NCBI GenBank assembly: GCA_043821645.1
Contig: JBDRCO010000037.1
Location: 160,001 to 224,000, forward strand
From: Pseudomonadota bacterium
GTDB lineage: Bacteria > Myxococcota > JACRCW01 > JAFGSX01
DNA: 64,000 nucleotides
Reading direction: 5' to 3'
The notes beneath the pieces are model-generated. The model did no database searches. It was not told the origin of the DNA and was given only the letters and a program-made list of their open reading frames with translations. Shown piece by piece: positions 1 through 10,391 of the stretch. The position numbers and the translations under genes were made by a program. How positions within the stretch are numbered: position 1 is the first letter of the stretch; each line of letters begins with the position of its first letter.

Positions 1-42
1 ATTCCAAGCAGGCCTGTTTTTAAATAAAACTATATTAGTGTA

Positions 43-1566
43 CTATAGGTCCGACTTTTTTGGATGCGCCAACCCTTCCAAAAAACGGACCAAGGTGGCC
101 ACCCCGAAGCCAGTGCCCCCCTTGGAAATATGGTCGCGTGCAGAGTCCGAGAAGGCAGGACCCGCGATGTCGAGATGGGCCCAGCGCACGCCCTCGGGCA
201 CGAACTCCCTCAGAAAGAGTGCGGCGGTGATGGCGCCGCCGTAGCGGCCACCCGTGTTCTTGAGATCCGCGATGGGACTCTTGAGCTGATCCCGCAGGCT
301 GTCGTCGAGGGGCAGGCGCCAGCTTGGCTCGCCCGCGAGAGCTCCGGCGCGGCCCAGGTCACTGGCCAAGCTGTCGTCGGCGCTGAACAATCCCGCGCAG
401 TGCGGCCCGAGCGCCACCACGCACGCACCGGTCAGGGTCGCCAGGTCCACCAGCAGCTCCGGCTTGACCGTGGCGGCGAGACTGAAGGTGTCGGCGAGGA
501 CCAGCCGGCCCTCGGCGTCGGTGTTGCCGATCTCGACGCTGAGCCCGGCGCGGGAACGCACCACGTCGCCGGGCTTGAACGCAGCGCTTCCCAGCATGTT
601 CTCGCTGCAGGCCAAAAAAGCGTGAACTTCGAGCGGGAGCTTCAGCTCGGCCACCGCTCGCATCGCAGCCAGCACAGCCGCGGCTCCCGCCATGTCGGAC
701 TTCATGCCGAGCATGCTGGCCGCGGGCTTGATGTCCAGGCCTCCGGCATCGAAGGTGATGCCCTTGCCCACGAGCACCACGCGTGGTCCTCGATGGCGGG
801 CGGGCCTGTGGCGCAGATGCACGACGCAGGGCGGCTCGTGGCTACCGCGCGACACGGCCTCGAGCAGGCCCATGCGCAAGCGCCGCAGCGAGGCGCGGTC
901 GTGCACACGAACGGTCAGGCCCAGCTGGCGACTGCCCTGCCGCGCCTGTTCGGCGAGGCGCCGCGGGGTCATGTGCGACGCGGGTTCGTTGACCAGATCG
1001 CGAGCCAGCATCGTGGCGCGGGCCAGCACCTCGCCCCGGGCCAGGGCCGGGCGCGAGATCGTCGGCTCTCCGGGAGGTAGGACCACGATGAAATCCGTGA
1101 GCTCGTGATCCCTGGTCGAGCGGCGCTTGTAGCGATCAAAGCGATAGAGCGCGAGCTGGGCACCCTCGACCAGGGCGGCGCCCACCTCCGGGGCGGGCTG
1201 CAGCGTCGCCAGCGAGGCGGGGAGCACGAGGGCCAGGCGCCGGGCCCGGGTGGCCACCGCGACGCGAACGCAGCGCGAGGCCAGGCGGCGAAGGTCGCTC
1301 ACCGTCGAGGGAGGGTTGGCTCCCAGGCCAAGCAGGGCCACCCGACGGGCGGGGATGAGGCGCTGGGTTCGCAGGGCCAGGGTCTGGTCCGGCGCCGCGG
1401 TGAAGCCGTCGTCGTCCACTGCCTGGCGCAGGGCTCCCTCAAGCGAGCGATCGAGTTCGGCCAGTGGCCCCACCCGGACCTTCTTCAGTTCGCCGCTGGT
1501 GAGCGGCAGCACGAGCAGGTCACAGCGCAGGCGCGACGGGGACTGACGACGGGCAACACAGCGCAT
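43..1566 (-). CDS. pepA: Leucyl aminopeptidase (M17)
   Basis: Catalytic motifs VGKGITFDAGG, MKSDMAG, NTDAEGRL, ATLTGA and HLDIAG; 507 aa. Confidence 0.96.
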   Translation of the reverse strand: MRCVARRQSPSRLRCDLLVLPLTSGELKKVRVGPLAELDRSLEGALRQAVDDDGFTAAPDQTLALRTQRLIPARRVALLGLGANPPSTVSDLRRLASRCVRVAVATRARRLALVLPASLATLQPAPEVGAALVEGAQLALYRFDRYKRRSTRDHELTDFIVVLPPGEPTISRPALARGEVLARATMLARDLVNEPASHMTPRRLAEQARQGSRQLGLTVRVHDRASLRRLRMGLLEAVSRGSHEPPCVVHLRHRPARHRGPRVVLVGKGITFDAGGLDIKPAASMLGMKSDMAGAAAVLAAMRAVAELKLPLEVHAFLACSENMLGSAAFKPGDVVRSRAGLSVEIGNTDAEGRLVLADTFSLAATVKPELLVDLATLTGACVVALGPHCAGLFSADDSLASDLGRAGALAGEPSWRLPLDDSLRDQLKSPIADLKNTGGRYGGAITAALFLREFVPEGVRWAHLDIAGPAFSDSARDHISKGGTGFGVATLVRFLEGLAHPKKSDL

Positions 1567-1751
1567 GGCATTCCTTCTGTCGGGCGACGACGATCAAGGC
1601 GTCGGAACGCGCCGGGCCCTTGTACCAGCGGGTGCGCGGCGGCGGCAAGGTGCGCCGCTGCCATCTTCTCGTGCCGTCGTAGAAATGGCTCCGAGCTTCC
1701 ACACCGCCTATCATGAGGTCGAGGAGGGGGGCAGCGCGCCCCGGGACGGTC

Positions 1752-2660
1752 ATGCCGCAATCGCTGGTTCACCTCAGTGCCATCGTCGAACTGGGTGGCG
1801 ATTCCAGGCTTCCGCCCCAGGTGCGGGAGGCGCTGCAGCGCTGTCCGGAGCTGGCCCGTCTGGGTGCCATCCTCCCCGACCTCCCTTTCTTCTCGAACAT
1901 CCGACGGCGCGCCCTGCGTCAGCTGTTGCATCTGCCACAGCCCGGGGCCGCCTGGGCCACCAGGATGCACCAGGAGCCTGCCCTGGAGCTTGGCGTGGCC
2001 TTGCTGCAGCCGCGCTCGCAATCGCGGCTGGGCCCCCTATCGCGGCTGGCTCTGGCGGCGGGCTTCTTCTCCCACGCAGCCCTGGACACCGCGCTGCACC
2101 CCCTGGTGTACCGGCTCATCGCGCAGGAGGGTGTGCAGGGGCAGCAGGCCAGCCAGACCCTCCATCTGAGCATCGAGAAGCTGCACAGCCTGATCCTGCA
2201 CCGCGAGCGCTGGGCAGAGGCGAGGCGCGAGCTGCCCGTCGCGGAGCTGTGCGACCTGCGGACCGAGGGACAGCGACCGGGCACAGGTCTGCACATCGCC
2301 GAAAGCCTGCGCGACATGCACGGGAAGGCACCCCTGCCTGCGGATATCGTGGACTGGGTGGAGGGCTTTGCTCGCTACGGCCGCCTGGTACAGCAGCACC
2401 CGGAGTGGGCCGAGGGTGGCCCCGTTGAGATCGATCGCGACCGCCCGCGCTGGTTCGATGGTCCACAGGTCGAGCTGCTGCTGGAACGTGCCCTGAGCAG
2501 GGCCCTGCGCTGGTTCTCACTGCTCGACCAGGCCTTCGCGCCCGGTGACGTGCTCCCGGCAGATCTGCTCAGGCTGGCCAGTGGTTTTCGCCGGGTTTCC
2601 CTCGACTTCACCGAGGATCCCTTCGTCGAGGAGGAGCGAGCGTCTCCGGGGGTGGACTAG
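1752..2660 (+). CDS. Zinc-dependent phospholipase C family-like protein
   Basis: N-terminal His (MPQSLVH), LGAILPD and GFFSHAALDTALHP metal-binding pattern. Start placed at ATG 1752; the ORF is open from 1713. Confidence 0.65.
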   Translation: MPQSLVHLSAIVELGGDSRLPPQVREALQRCPELARLGAILPDLPFFSNIRRRALRQLLHLPQPGAAWATRMHQEPALELGVALLQPRSQSRLGPLSRLALAAGFFSHAALDTALHPLVYRLIAQEGVQGQQASQTLHLSIEKLHSLILHRERWAEARRELPVAELCDLRTEGQRPGTGLHIAESLRDMHGKAPLPADIVDWVEGFARYGRLVQQHPEWAEGGPVEIDRDRPRWFDGPQVELLLERALSRALRWFSLLDQAFAPGDVLPADLLRLASGFRRVSLDFTEDPFVEEERASPGVD

Positions 2661-2801
2661 GCGCAGGGCTGGGCCACGGAGGCGGAACGGTTGCCGCCCG
2701 CGAAGGTGGCGGTTACCATTTACTCATGGCCCGGCGAGGAGTGAACCCGCTGGCCCCGTGACGCGTTGAAAGATCCCGCGGCCTCACCGCGGGGAGGTGA
2801 C

Positions 2802-5801
2802 ATGCGCAGAACGTTCCTGGACCTGGCGCTGGCAGCGCCGCTTGCGCTGCTTCTTGGCCTTGCGATCCAGCCTCCGCAGCACCTTGCAGGCAACGGCGCC
2901 GTCGCGGTCGCTTCCGAGCGAGCGCTGCAAGTCGACGCCACCGAGGACGGGGCCTACAGCCTGACGGCGCTGCGCCTGGTGAGCAAGGTAGTGCTCCTGA
3001 TCAAGGAGAACTACGTGGACCAGCAGCGGGTGAAACCCCGCGAGATGCTCATCGGCGCCATGCATGGCGTGGAACGCGAGGCCGCCGAGGTGCTGGCCAC
3101 CGAGAGCGAGGACACGCATTCGCTCATGGTGCATGTGGGGGCCGAGAAGCAGACCTACAGCGTCGAGGATGTCAGCTCTTTGTGGGAGATGACCTTCAGG
3201 CTGCGGGACATCCTGCGCTTCGTCGATCGCGAGCTTCCGCCAGACGTCGACCGCCGGGACATCGAGTACGCCGTGATCAACGGCATGCTGCAAACCCTGG
3301 ATCCGCACTCGATCCTGCTGACGCCGCGCTTCTACGAGGAGATGAAGATGTCGACCCGCGGCGAGTTCGGCGGCCTCGGCATCGTCATCGCGATCCGCGA
3401 CGGCCGCCTGACCGTGGTGGCGCCCATCGACGGCACACCGGCTCACATGGCCGGCATCCGGCGCCTCGACCAGATCGTTCGCATCGGCGAGGAGTCGACC
3501 ATCAACATGGCGCTCGACGAGGCCGTGGAGAGGCTCCGCGGCGCTCCCGGCACCCAGGTCACCATCTGGGTGCAGCGCGAGCCCTGGACCGAGCCGCGCA
3601 AGTTCGTGATGACCCGGGCGCGCATCAAGATCGAGAGCGTCACCGCGCAGCTTTTGGCCGACGACGTGGGCTATGTTCGCATCAAGAACTTCCAGAACAA
3701 CACGGCCCGCGACCTCGACGAGCACATCCGCAAGATGGCCGGACGCACTGCATCGGGTCTGCGCGGGCTGGTGCTGGATTTGAGGGACAATCCAGGCGGT
3801 TTGTTGGAACAAGCCATCGACGTCAGCGACCGCTTTCTCGAGGCTGGGGTGATCGTCAGCACCGTGGGAGCAGGTGCACCCAAGGTTGAGAGTGCGCACT
3901 GGGCCGGCAGCAACACAGAGCTGCCACTGGTGGTGCTGGTCAATGGAGGCAGCGCGTCGGCGTCCGAGATCGTGGCCGGAGCCATCAAGAACAACGACCG
4001 AGGGGTGGTGATCGGCGAGCAGACCTTCGGCAAGGGCTCCGTGCAGGTTCTGTACGACTTCAAGGACGGATCGGCCCTCAAGTTGACTGTGGCCCAGTAC
4101 CTGACACCGGGGGATCTCTCGATTCAGAACATCGGCATCACACCGGATGTGGCCGTGCAGACGGTCGCGGTGGAGAAGGACTACATCGATCTTTTCCAGG
4201 ACACCTCGCACATGCGCGAATCGGACCTGGACAAGCATCTCAACGACGAGCGCACTGCGACGGCCAAACCCGTTTTCCAGATCCGCCAGCTGGGCGACAA
4301 GGAGGATGAGGACCCCGACGCGGCCGCGGTGCGTGATGCCAGTCATGGATTCAAGAGCGACTTCCAGATCGAGCTGGCGCGACGACTTCTCGCCGAGAAA
4401 GGGGCGCGAACCCGTCGCGAGCTGCTCGAGGGCGCGCGGGCACCCTTCGCCGACGCGACCGCCGCCGAGGAGCAGCGCATCGTCGAGGCTCTGGCCGGCA
4501 TCGGGGTGGACTGGAGTCTGGGTCCGGACGTACCGGGTGGTCAGGCCGTGGCTCGCTTGCTCAAGGAGGCGCGAGCGGAGGCCGGCACTCCGGTGACGGT
4601 CGAGATCGAGGTGGAGAACAAGGGCACCGCTCCGCTGTACCGGCTGCGGGCAACCACCGGGTCCAAGTTCAATTCCTTCGCCGAGCAGGAGTTCGTGTTC
4701 GGTCGGCTCCTTCCTGGCGAGAAGCGACGCTGGTCGATCAAGCTGTCGACGCGCAAGGCGCTCCGCACTCGCACCGAGGAGGTGCCCGTGCGCTTCAGCG
4801 AGCAGTACAGCCGGGCACCGGAGGTTTTGCCGGTCAAGGTGCGCGTCGACGAGTTGCCGCGGCCGCGGTTCGAGCTGCTCGCCGCCATCGACGACAGCGA
4901 GGGCAATGGCGACGGAATGTTGCAGGTGGGCGAGAAGGTTCAGCTGGTGGTGGCGGTGCGCAACGTCGGGACCGGGGTGTCCGCGTCACCCCTGCTGACC
5001 CTGAAGAACATGACGGGACAGGAACTCTTCATCCAGCGAGGCCGGGTGGTTGCCGACGCCCTGGAGCCTGGGAAGGTCGGCGTGGCTCGCATGCAGTTCG
5101 ACGTGCGCGGTGTGCCGCTCAAGGGCGCACAGCTCCGCATTGGTGTCGTCGACCAGGACCTGGGAGAGGGCACGGCCACCCGCCTGAGCCTGCCCGTGAC
5201 CCGTGGTGGAACACCATCCACTCCCGTCACCGGTATCGCGACCAGCCGAGGTAAGGTGCCGCTTCGCTCCAGCATCGATGCCTCGTCGGCCGTGATCGCG
5301 GAGCTCGATCCGAGCCAGGCTGTGGCCGCGCTGACGCAGAATGGAGGGGCCCTGAGGGTCGAGCTTCCACGCAAGGTGCCAGCCTTCGTGGATGCGACGG
5401 CGGTGACCGTGGTGCCTGGCACCGCGGCTCTGCGCAAACGCCCGACAGCCACGCTGGTGTTCCCGGTGGTGCCCCCGCGCATCACGATCACGGCACCTGC
5501 CGCGGGCAGCGAGACACTGGCCAGCAGCCTGGTTTTCGAGGGGCGGGTGGAATCGGACCTGCCCGTGCGAGACCTGATCGTCTATGCCAATGGCAAGAAG
5601 GTGTTCTTCACCGCGGTGGGCAAGAAGACCCCGCAAGGATGGATCTTCTCGACCACGGTTCCTCTCGAGGAGGGGCCCAACATGATCGTCGTGGTGGGGC
5701 GTGTCGACGAGGAACTCGATGGCCAGAGCAGTGTGATCGTCCGACGTGCGATCAAGGGGCTGGAGGTGGCCGGGTCCGCGACTGCTCAGCCGGGACCCTA
5801 G
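2802..5801 (+). CDS. Long deltaproteobacterial C-terminal processing peptidase (S41A with PDZ and C-terminal beta-sandwich domains)
   Basis: LDPHS, GEFGGLGI (PDZ), LDLRDNPGG, SASASEI and TFGKGSVQ; signal peptide; GGAGG RBS before ATG 2802. Confidence 0.93.
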   Translation: MRRTFLDLALAAPLALLLGLAIQPPQHLAGNGAVAVASERALQVDATEDGAYSLTALRLVSKVVLLIKENYVDQQRVKPREMLIGAMHGVEREAAEVLATESEDTHSLMVHVGAEKQTYSVEDVSSLWEMTFRLRDILRFVDRELPPDVDRRDIEYAVINGMLQTLDPHSILLTPRFYEEMKMSTRGEFGGLGIVIAIRDGRLTVVAPIDGTPAHMAGIRRLDQIVRIGEESTINMALDEAVERLRGAPGTQVTIWVQREPWTEPRKFVMTRARIKIESVTAQLLADDVGYVRIKNFQNNTARDLDEHIRKMAGRTASGLRGLVLDLRDNPGGLLEQAIDVSDRFLEAGVIVSTVGAGAPKVESAHWAGSNTELPLVVLVNGGSASASEIVAGAIKNNDRGVVIGEQTFGKGSVQVLYDFKDGSALKLTVAQYLTPGDLSIQNIGITPDVAVQTVAVEKDYIDLFQDTSHMRESDLDKHLNDERTATAKPVFQIRQLGDKEDEDPDAAAVRDASHGFKSDFQIELARRLLAEKGARTRRELLEGARAPFADATAAEEQRIVEALAGIGVDWSLGPDVPGGQAVARLLKEARAEAGTPVTVEIEVENKGTAPLYRLRATTGSKFNSFAEQEFVFGRLLPGEKRRWSIKLSTRKALRTRTEEVPVRFSEQYSRAPEVLPVKVRVDELPRPRFELLAAIDDSEGNGDGMLQVGEKVQLVVAVRNVGTGVSASPLLTLKNMTGQELFIQRGRVVADALEPGKVGVARMQFDVRGVPLKGAQLRIGVVDQDLGEGTATRLSLPVTRGGTPSTPVTGIATSRGKVPLRSSIDASSAVIAELDPSQAVAALTQNGGALRVELPRKVPAFVDATAVTVVPGTAALRKRPTATLVFPVVPPRITITAPAAGSETLASSLVFEGRVESDLPVRDLIVYANGKKVFFTAVGKKTPQGWIFSTTVPLEEGPNMIVVVGRVDEELDGQSSVIVRRAIKGLEVAGSATAQPGP

Positions 5802-5877
5802 CAGAGGGGGGACCAGCGGGCGCAGGGAGGCGCCCTCGGGGGATGGGGATGGGGTACGTCACAGGTGGGGGGTGGAC

Positions 5878-6450
5878 ATGCCGCGGCTGTTCGTGGCGAC
5901 GGAGCTGAGTGCCGAGGCGCAGGCCCGTGCGTCCTCCCTCGAGGAGCAGCTGCGCCGGCAGCTGAGGCGGCGGGCGCGGGTGCGCTGGACCCGGCCCGAC
6001 GGGCGGCACGTCACACTCTGCTTTCTCGGGCTGGTTGCCGATGCTGCCGTCGATGCCGTGGCCAAGGTCATGCACGACGTCGCAGCGCGCCATTTTGGTT
6101 TCCAGGTGGCAGTGCACGGCCTGGGGGCTTTTCCCACAGCGCGCCGGGCTCGCGTGCTGTGGCTGGGTGTGACCGACCCCGCGGGTGCACTTGCTCGTCT
6201 GGCTGCGGACCTTCAAGAAGGGCTGCGCGAGGCCGGGCACGAAATCGACAGCCGCGAGTTCAAGGGACATGTCACCCTGGGGCGCGTGGCTGATCGCAGC
6301 GGGCTCGACGTCGACGACGAGATGGAGCTGGACCAGGCCGAGCCGATCTCGCTGCAGGTCGACAGCATCGTTCTGTTCGAGAGCCAGCTCGCCCCCTCGG
6401 GAGCTCGCTACGTGCGACTCCGCCAGGCGCGGCTGGCCGACGCCGGTTGA
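5878..6450 (+). CDS. thpR: RNA 2',3'-cyclic phosphodiesterase (2H family)
   Basis: MPRLFVA start and two HxT motifs (HVTLCFLG, HVTLGR); FPxxxRARVLW. Confidence 0.92.
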   Translation: MPRLFVATELSAEAQARASSLEEQLRRQLRRRARVRWTRPDGRHVTLCFLGLVADAAVDAVAKVMHDVAARHFGFQVAVHGLGAFPTARRARVLWLGVTDPAGALARLAADLQEGLREAGHEIDSREFKGHVTLGRVADRSGLDVDDEMELDQAEPISLQVDSIVLFESQLAPSGARYVRLRQARLADAG

Positions 6451-6544
6451 CAAGCTCGGCGCTTTCTTACGCAATCCCTGGAGCCCCAGGCTGCTCTTCC
6501 GCAGAGCTGGCGGCGGCCAGAGACCACCAGCGCGAGGTAGCACG

Positions 6545-6850
6545 ATGGATCCCGAGCAGCTCAAGGGTTTGCTGCAGCAGGCGCAGACGATGGCGCAGTC
6601 GCTCCAGGGTGACCTGGCAGGAAAGACTGCCGAGGGCAGCGCAGGGGGAGGGCTGGTGCGTGTCGAGGTCAATGGATCCAACCAGGTCACTGCGGTGCAC
6701 ATCGACCCGAAGGTGATCGACCCGTCGGATCCGGCCATGCTCGAGGACCTCGTCCGCGCGGCCATGAACCAGGCCTTCGAGCGTCTGCGCGAGCTGGTCG
6801 CCGAGGAGATGCAGCGGCGCACCGGGGGCATGCTGCCCGGGCTTTTCTGA
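6545..6850 (+). CDS. ybaB: YbaB/EbfC nucleoid-associated protein
   Basis: EGSAGGGLVRVEVNG and MLEDLVRAAMNQA; stop overlaps the recR start. Confidence 0.92.
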   Translation: MDPEQLKGLLQQAQTMAQSLQGDLAGKTAEGSAGGGLVRVEVNGSNQVTAVHIDPKVIDPSDPAMLEDLVRAAMNQAFERLRELVAEEMQRRTGGMLPGLF

Positions 6851-7446
6851 TGCTGGGCGATCCCCTGGTGGAGCTGTGCGACCTTCTGGGCCGTCTCCCA
6901 GGCGTGGGCGAGCGAACCGCGCAGCGCATGGCTTTTTACATGTTGCGCCACAGCCCCGACTATCCCCATGCCCTGGCAAGTGCCCTGGAGCAGGTGGCGA
7001 TCGCGATCCATGCCTGCGGGTTGTGCCAGAACCTCACCGCAAGCGATCCCTGCCCGGTGTGTGCGGATTCCCGCCGGCACAGAGAGACCATCTGCGTGGT
7101 TGCCAACCCGCAGGACGTCAACGCCATCGACGCCACAGGAGAGCACCGGGGTCTGTACCACGTGCTGCACGGTGTGCTGTCCCCGCTGGATGGTGTCGGC
7201 CCGGACGACCTCCGGGTGAAGCAGTTGCTGGCCAGATTGCCGGGTGCTCCTGTGGTCCAGGAGGTCATCGTCGCCACTCCGGCCTCGGTCGAGGGCGAGG
7301 CCACCGCGCTGTACCTGGCGGGGCTGATCAAACCCCTTGGTATCGCGGTGAGCCGCATCGCTGCAGGGATCCCCATGGGTGGCGAGATCGAGTACGCGGA
7401 CCGGTTGACTCTGGGACGCGCGCTCGGAGGCAGGCGATTGCTGTGA
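6850..7446 (+). CDS. recR: Recombination mediator RecR
   Basis: LPGVGERTAQR HhH motif, C4 zinc finger, YHVLHG, EGEATA and GGEIEYAD. Confidence 0.97.
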   Translation: MLGDPLVELCDLLGRLPGVGERTAQRMAFYMLRHSPDYPHALASALEQVAIAIHACGLCQNLTASDPCPVCADSRRHRETICVVANPQDVNAIDATGEHRGLYHVLHGVLSPLDGVGPDDLRVKQLLARLPGAPVVQEVIVATPASVEGEATALYLAGLIKPLGIAVSRIAAGIPMGGEIEYADRLTLGRALGGRRLL

Positions 7447-7540
7447 CCCAGGCCCGGCGATGCACGGCGGCTCTCCGGGGTTCCCGGGCCCGACTCGATG
7501 AAGTCCTACGTCCTGACAGGCCTGCCCAGGGCTGCTGACG

Positions 7541-9187
7541 CTACTCCACGACGGGTCTGAACTGCTCGCGCACGATGCGACGGTAGTGTTCCACCTCGAC
7601 AGCCTGGCGTGCGGCATCCCAGCCCAGCACGGGGGCCGCCAGAGCCGCGACCTCCGGGGCCTGTGCCAGGGCTTGCCCCTGCACCCACAGCGCCACGCGC
7701 AGGCGGCGAGTGAGCAGATCATCGAGGTGCACCACGCATTCGCGCTGGCACAGATAGGGCACCTCGGCACGAAGGTAGGGGGCACCGTCGATCAGGGGAT
7801 GGCGGAGCTCGGCGTTGCCCGCAGCCAGTTCCAGGGGCTCATGGGCCCGCGCGCCATACGACCGCACCATCTGCTCCGCCACGCGCTCGTCGACATCGAA
7901 GCGGCGCTGCAGCTCCTTCTTCTTCTCGTCGAGGGAGACGGCGCCACCCAGGGGCTTCTCGTGGGTCGAGCAGGGCTCGATGCTGGCGCGACGTTCCTCG
8001 CTGGTGCGCTGGACCACCAGGTCCACGATGTCCATCGCCATGATGCGATAGGTGGTCAGCTTGCCGCCAGCGATGGAGATGAGACCGCTCGGATCCTCGT
8101 ACACCGAATGTTCGCGTCCCACGGCCGAGGCGTTCTGGTCGCCCTTGCCCGGTGTCACGATCAGGGTTCGTACGCCAGCGATGCTGCTGATGACATCCGT
8201 CTCGGTGAAGGGCTCACCCTCGAAGGTCGCGTTGAGCGCTTTGAGCACGTAGCCAAGGTCGGCCTCGTCGGTGGTGCGGACATCGCCGTGGTCAAAGGTG
8301 TCGGTGGTGCCGACGAGCACGACCTCTCCCCAGGGCACCGCGAACATCAGACGGCCGTCCACGCGGTTCATGAACGCGACGGTGGCGTCGAGAGGCAGGC
8401 GCGCGCGCGACACGACCAGGTGCACACCCTTGGATGCACGAAGCTCGGAGGCCTCGATGGGCGCGATCTTGCCGCGCAGGGTATCCACGTGGATGCCGGT
8501 GGCGTTGACCACCTGATCTGCCCGCACCTCGATGCGCAGGTCGCGCTCGACGTCACGCAGACGCACACCGGCGACGCGCTCGCCCTCCATCACGAACCCA
8601 GTGGCCGAGACATAGTTGAGCGCCAGGCCGCCGTGAACCACGCCGTCCACCACGTTCTCGCTGACCAGCCTGGCGTCGTCGACGGTCGAGTCGTAGTACA
8701 GGGCGACACGGCGCAGGTCGCCGGTGCGCAGCGTCGGTGCGATGGCCTGGATCTCGTCGTCCTTGAGCATGCGGTGGGGGACGGCAGAGGGACCCGCCAG
8801 ATACTCGTAGAAGCGAAGGCCCATGCGGATGAACATGGGATGCAGCCGGGTGTGTCGATAGATGGGGAACATGAAGGGCATGGCCCGCACCAGGTGCGGG
8901 TTCAGGCGCAGCAACAGCTCGCGCTCCTGGCAGGACTCCTTGGTCAGGCGGATGTGGAAGCGCTCGAGGTAACGCAGGCCGCCATGCACCAGCTTGCTCG
9001 ACTTGCTCGAGGTGCCGCTGGCAAAGTCCTCGCGCTCGACGAGGAGCACACGCAGGCCGCGCAGCACAGCGTCCCTGAAGATGCCCGCGCCGGTGATGCC
9101 GCCGCCCACGACGACCAGATCGTAGTGTTGTCCGGCCAGGGAATCGAAGGTCTGGTCGCGCTCGACGACGGAGAAGTTCTTGCTCAT
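7541..9187 (-). CDS. glpD: FAD-dependent glycerol-3-phosphate dehydrogenase/oxidase
   Basis: GGGITGAG, DFASGTSSKSSKLVHGGLRYL, VGTTD and GGKLTTYR. Confidence 0.93.
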   Translation of the reverse strand: MSKNFSVVERDQTFDSLAGQHYDLVVVGGGITGAGIFRDAVLRGLRVLLVEREDFASGTSSKSSKLVHGGLRYLERFHIRLTKESCQERELLLRLNPHLVRAMPFMFPIYRHTRLHPMFIRMGLRFYEYLAGPSAVPHRMLKDDEIQAIAPTLRTGDLRRVALYYDSTVDDARLVSENVVDGVVHGGLALNYVSATGFVMEGERVAGVRLRDVERDLRIEVRADQVVNATGIHVDTLRGKIAPIEASELRASKGVHLVVSRARLPLDATVAFMNRVDGRLMFAVPWGEVVLVGTTDTFDHGDVRTTDEADLGYVLKALNATFEGEPFTETDVISSIAGVRTLIVTPGKGDQNASAVGREHSVYEDPSGLISIAGGKLTTYRIMAMDIVDLVVQRTSEERRASIEPCSTHEKPLGGAVSLDEKKKELQRRFDVDERVAEQMVRSYGARAHEPLELAAGNAELRHPLIDGAPYLRAEVPYLCQRECVVHLDDLLTRRLRVALWVQGQALAQAPEVAALAAPVLGWDAARQAVEVEHYRRIVREQFRPVVE

Positions 9188-9308
9188 GCGTCACCGCAGG
9201 TGGTTGGGTCGGTTGTAGCCTTGAGGACGCACCGCGTCAACGGCGTGCGAGGCGACCTGGAGGTCATGGTGAACGGAGCCGGCACCAGAGGAGCCAGGCC
9301 CGCGTCGA

Positions 9309-10391
9309 TCAGGGGATGCACTCGAAGGTACACAGGGACCATGGGATACTGCCGGCGGGGCATTCCCAGCCCTCGCTGCCGCACGGAGCCAGCGGACCGT
9401 CCGCGCTGCACCGGATCTGTCCCTGGTTGCAGTAGGCCCAGCGGCAGGTGTCGGTGGAGCTACACTGGCTGGCGGGGAGATGGCAGCTCTCGTCGAAGGC
9501 CTGGCACTGAGAGGCAAAGACCGCGCTCCCAGGGCACGCGTAGCTGGAAGCCACGTCGTCGAAGAAGCTACTACCCGACGCAACGTCGCAGCAGGTCGGG
9601 CCAGCGCCGCTCACCTGGTAGCAGGTGGGCGCAGTCGCACTGATGTCCAGAGGCCACGCTGCGGTGTACGCGTCGATACCTCCTCCCGCATCGGTGGAAC
9701 CACCACCATCCAGGGCGCTGGTGGCGTCGGGCTCAGGGCCGGTGCCGCTATCGAGGCTGATCTCGGAAACATCGAGGTGGCTCTGGCCTCCGTCCAGCTG
9801 AGATCCTCTATCCGGGATGCTGGCATCCGTGGTCCTCGGCGACTCCTCGCGACAGGCCACGCAGGGACGACGCTCGTCGGTGCAGTACTCGAAGGGCGAG
9901 CAGGGCGGGCTGATCGAGAATGGAGCCTGCAAACAGGCGCAGACCTGGTCCGCGGGGGCGGTGCACTGGGGTGGTGGCCGGTGACAGGTCGCGGTGGGCG
10001 TGGTGCCGGCCACGCCGTGCTTGATCACGCACACATCGTCGACGGAGCAGAACCACACCTCCTCGAAGTCATCTGCCTGGCAAGGTCTGAACTGACCGCT
10101 GGTGCATCGGTCCTTGCAGCTCGGGCAATCCAGCCAGCAATGATCCGCGCAGATGCGCTGGCCCTGGCAGTCCACCGCTCCGTTGAGTCCACAGGGTTCG
10201 GCTCCGTCGTCGCAGGCGCACTGTCTGCGGCAGATCCGGTTCTCGCAGCACTGCAGGCCCTCGGGACAGCTCGGGTTGTCCGCGGAGCAGGTGATCTGCG
10301 CAGCCTCGGGGATGAGCAGCTCGAAACAGGCCGCGAGTGTGCAGACGGTCACCGACATCGCTGCCCAGGCGATTCTTCTTTGTCTCGTCAT
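9309..10391 (-). CDS. Cys-rich putative lipoprotein with a D/A/G/S-rich linker
   Basis: Signal peptide ending TLAAC (lipobox-like), many Cys, central DAS/DGG low-complexity linker; start overlaps the upstream stop. Confidence 0.7.
   Translation of the reverse strand: MTRQRRIAWAAMSVTVCTLAACFELLIPEAAQITCSADNPSCPEGLQCCENRICRRQCACDDGAEPCGLNGAVDCQGQRICADHCWLDCPSCKDRCTSGQFRPCQADDFEEVWFCSVDDVCVIKHGVAGTTPTATCHRPPPQCTAPADQVCACLQAPFSISPPCSPFEYCTDERRPCVACREESPRTTDASIPDRGSQLDGGQSHLDVSEISLDSGTGPEPDATSALDGGGSTDAGGGIDAYTAAWPLDISATAPTCYQVSGAGPTCCDVASGSSFFDDVASSYACPGSAVFASQCQAFDESCHLPASQCSSTDTCRWAYCNQGQIRCSADGPLAPCGSEGWECPAGSIPWSLCTFECIP

Noticed and set aside
15-62. Possible dif (XerCD) site
   Set aside because: AT-rich and partly palindromic, but lacks a convincing 11-6-11 layout with a TTATG-type XerD arm.
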